DNA of 42,893 bases from an uncultured Gammaproteobacteria bacterium (lineage in GTDB: Bacteria > Patescibacteriota > Microgenomatia > CAYXHB01). Positions 42,550 to 42,893 of this stretch are shown here, piece by piece; the stretch's first letter is position 1, and the number at the start of each line of letters is the position of its first letter. The position numbers and the translations under genes are program-made. Where the stretch lies: positions 1-42,893 of the forward strand of contig CAYXHB010000001.1 of NCBI GenBank assembly GCA_964464795.1, given 5' to 3'. The notes below the pieces were generated by a model, which did no database searches, had not been told where the DNA came from, and saw only the letters and a program-made list of their open reading frames with translations.

Positions 42550-42893
42550 ATGAAAATCGACATCGTGACATTATTCCCCGAAATGTTTGCGGGTATGTTT
42601 GACTACTCTATTATCTCGCGGGCGGTGAAAAAGGGACTGGTGGAAATCAATGTGCATCAGTTGCGTGATTGGGCAACTGACAAGCATCGTCTGACTGATG
42701 ATAGGCCGTTTGGCGGCGGGCCGGGAATGGTCTTGAAACCTGAACCTCTATTTGCTGCTGTGGAGAGTTTGAAGAAAGAAGGTTCGAAAGTAATCCTGAT
42801 GAGTCCACAAGGAAGTGTGTTTAATCAATCAAAGGCGCAGAAATTGAAAGAAGAAACTCACCTGATTATCATCTGCGGGCGATACGAAGGCGT
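42550..42893 (+). CDS. trmD: tRNA (guanine37-N1)-methyltransferase TrmD; 3' end runs off the window
   Basis: My translation reads '[68 protein letters not shown]...IIICGRYEG', the canonical TrmD N-terminus. The ORF is absent from the track because it is open at the window edge. Confidence 0.92.
   Translation, partial: MKIDIVTLFPEMFAGMFDYSIISRAVKKGLVEINVHQLRDWATDKHRLTDDRPFGGGPGMVLKPEPLFAAVESLKKEGSKVILMSPQGSVFNQSKAQKLKEETHLIIICGRYEG

Overview
This 42.9-kb window is densely coded, with many 1-14 nt gene overlaps. It looks like the chromosome of a small-genome, monoderm-type uncultured bacterium. The gene content resembles Patescibacteria/CPR, but that is inference only and no marker was searched. 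The genetic code is standard: TGA, TAG and TAA all end genes, and an unframeshifted RF2 is present.

Housekeeping genes:
- rpsT, recA-recX, rny, hup, miaA, prfB, ftsE-ftsX and a 3'-truncated trmD
- a compact RNase P RNA
- tRNA-Glu(CUC) and tRNA-Pro(GGG)

Envelope and surface genes:
- a 5'-truncated protein with three LamG repeats
- an FN3/Ig-like protein and a CBM-like protein, each with a Pro/Thr-rich stalk and a C-terminal membrane anchor
- an FAD oxidoreductase followed by three large polytopic GT39/DUF2298-type paralogues
- a 7TM protein overlapping (14 nt) an alpha-L-glutamate-ligase-like ATP-grasp enzyme that carries a divergent retropepsin-like C-terminal domain

Most interesting region: a ~13-kb array, all on the minus strand (28491 down to 15433).
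- It opens with a tightly coupled trio: a MIO-type aromatic amino-acid ammonia-lyase/aminomutase, a PaaK/F390-synthetase-like adenylating enzyme, and a ThiF/E1-like enzyme.
- It continues into a 7TM-GAF histidine kinase and two output-less CheY-like regulators separated by a small helical ORF.
- It ends with a type IV pilus set: PilB, PilC, a PilM-PilN fusion, a PilO-like protein, a small TM protein and a pilin.
- I read this as a candidate undescribed module in which a small molecule is made, sensed, and used to control the pilus.

Other points worth a second look:
- an in-frame TAG splits the FtsEX-linked coiled-coil/C39-like peptidase gene
- a 72-nt repeat occurs in inverted orientation on both sides of the 5-kb ftsEX segment
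- a related repeat-rich structured spacer lies upstream of rpsT
- a perfect 7-8-7 palindrome abuts the recA start
- TGnTAnAAT extended -10 boxes recur, two of them placed for leaderless mRNAs

No CRISPR array, transposase, integrase or rRNA was seen.
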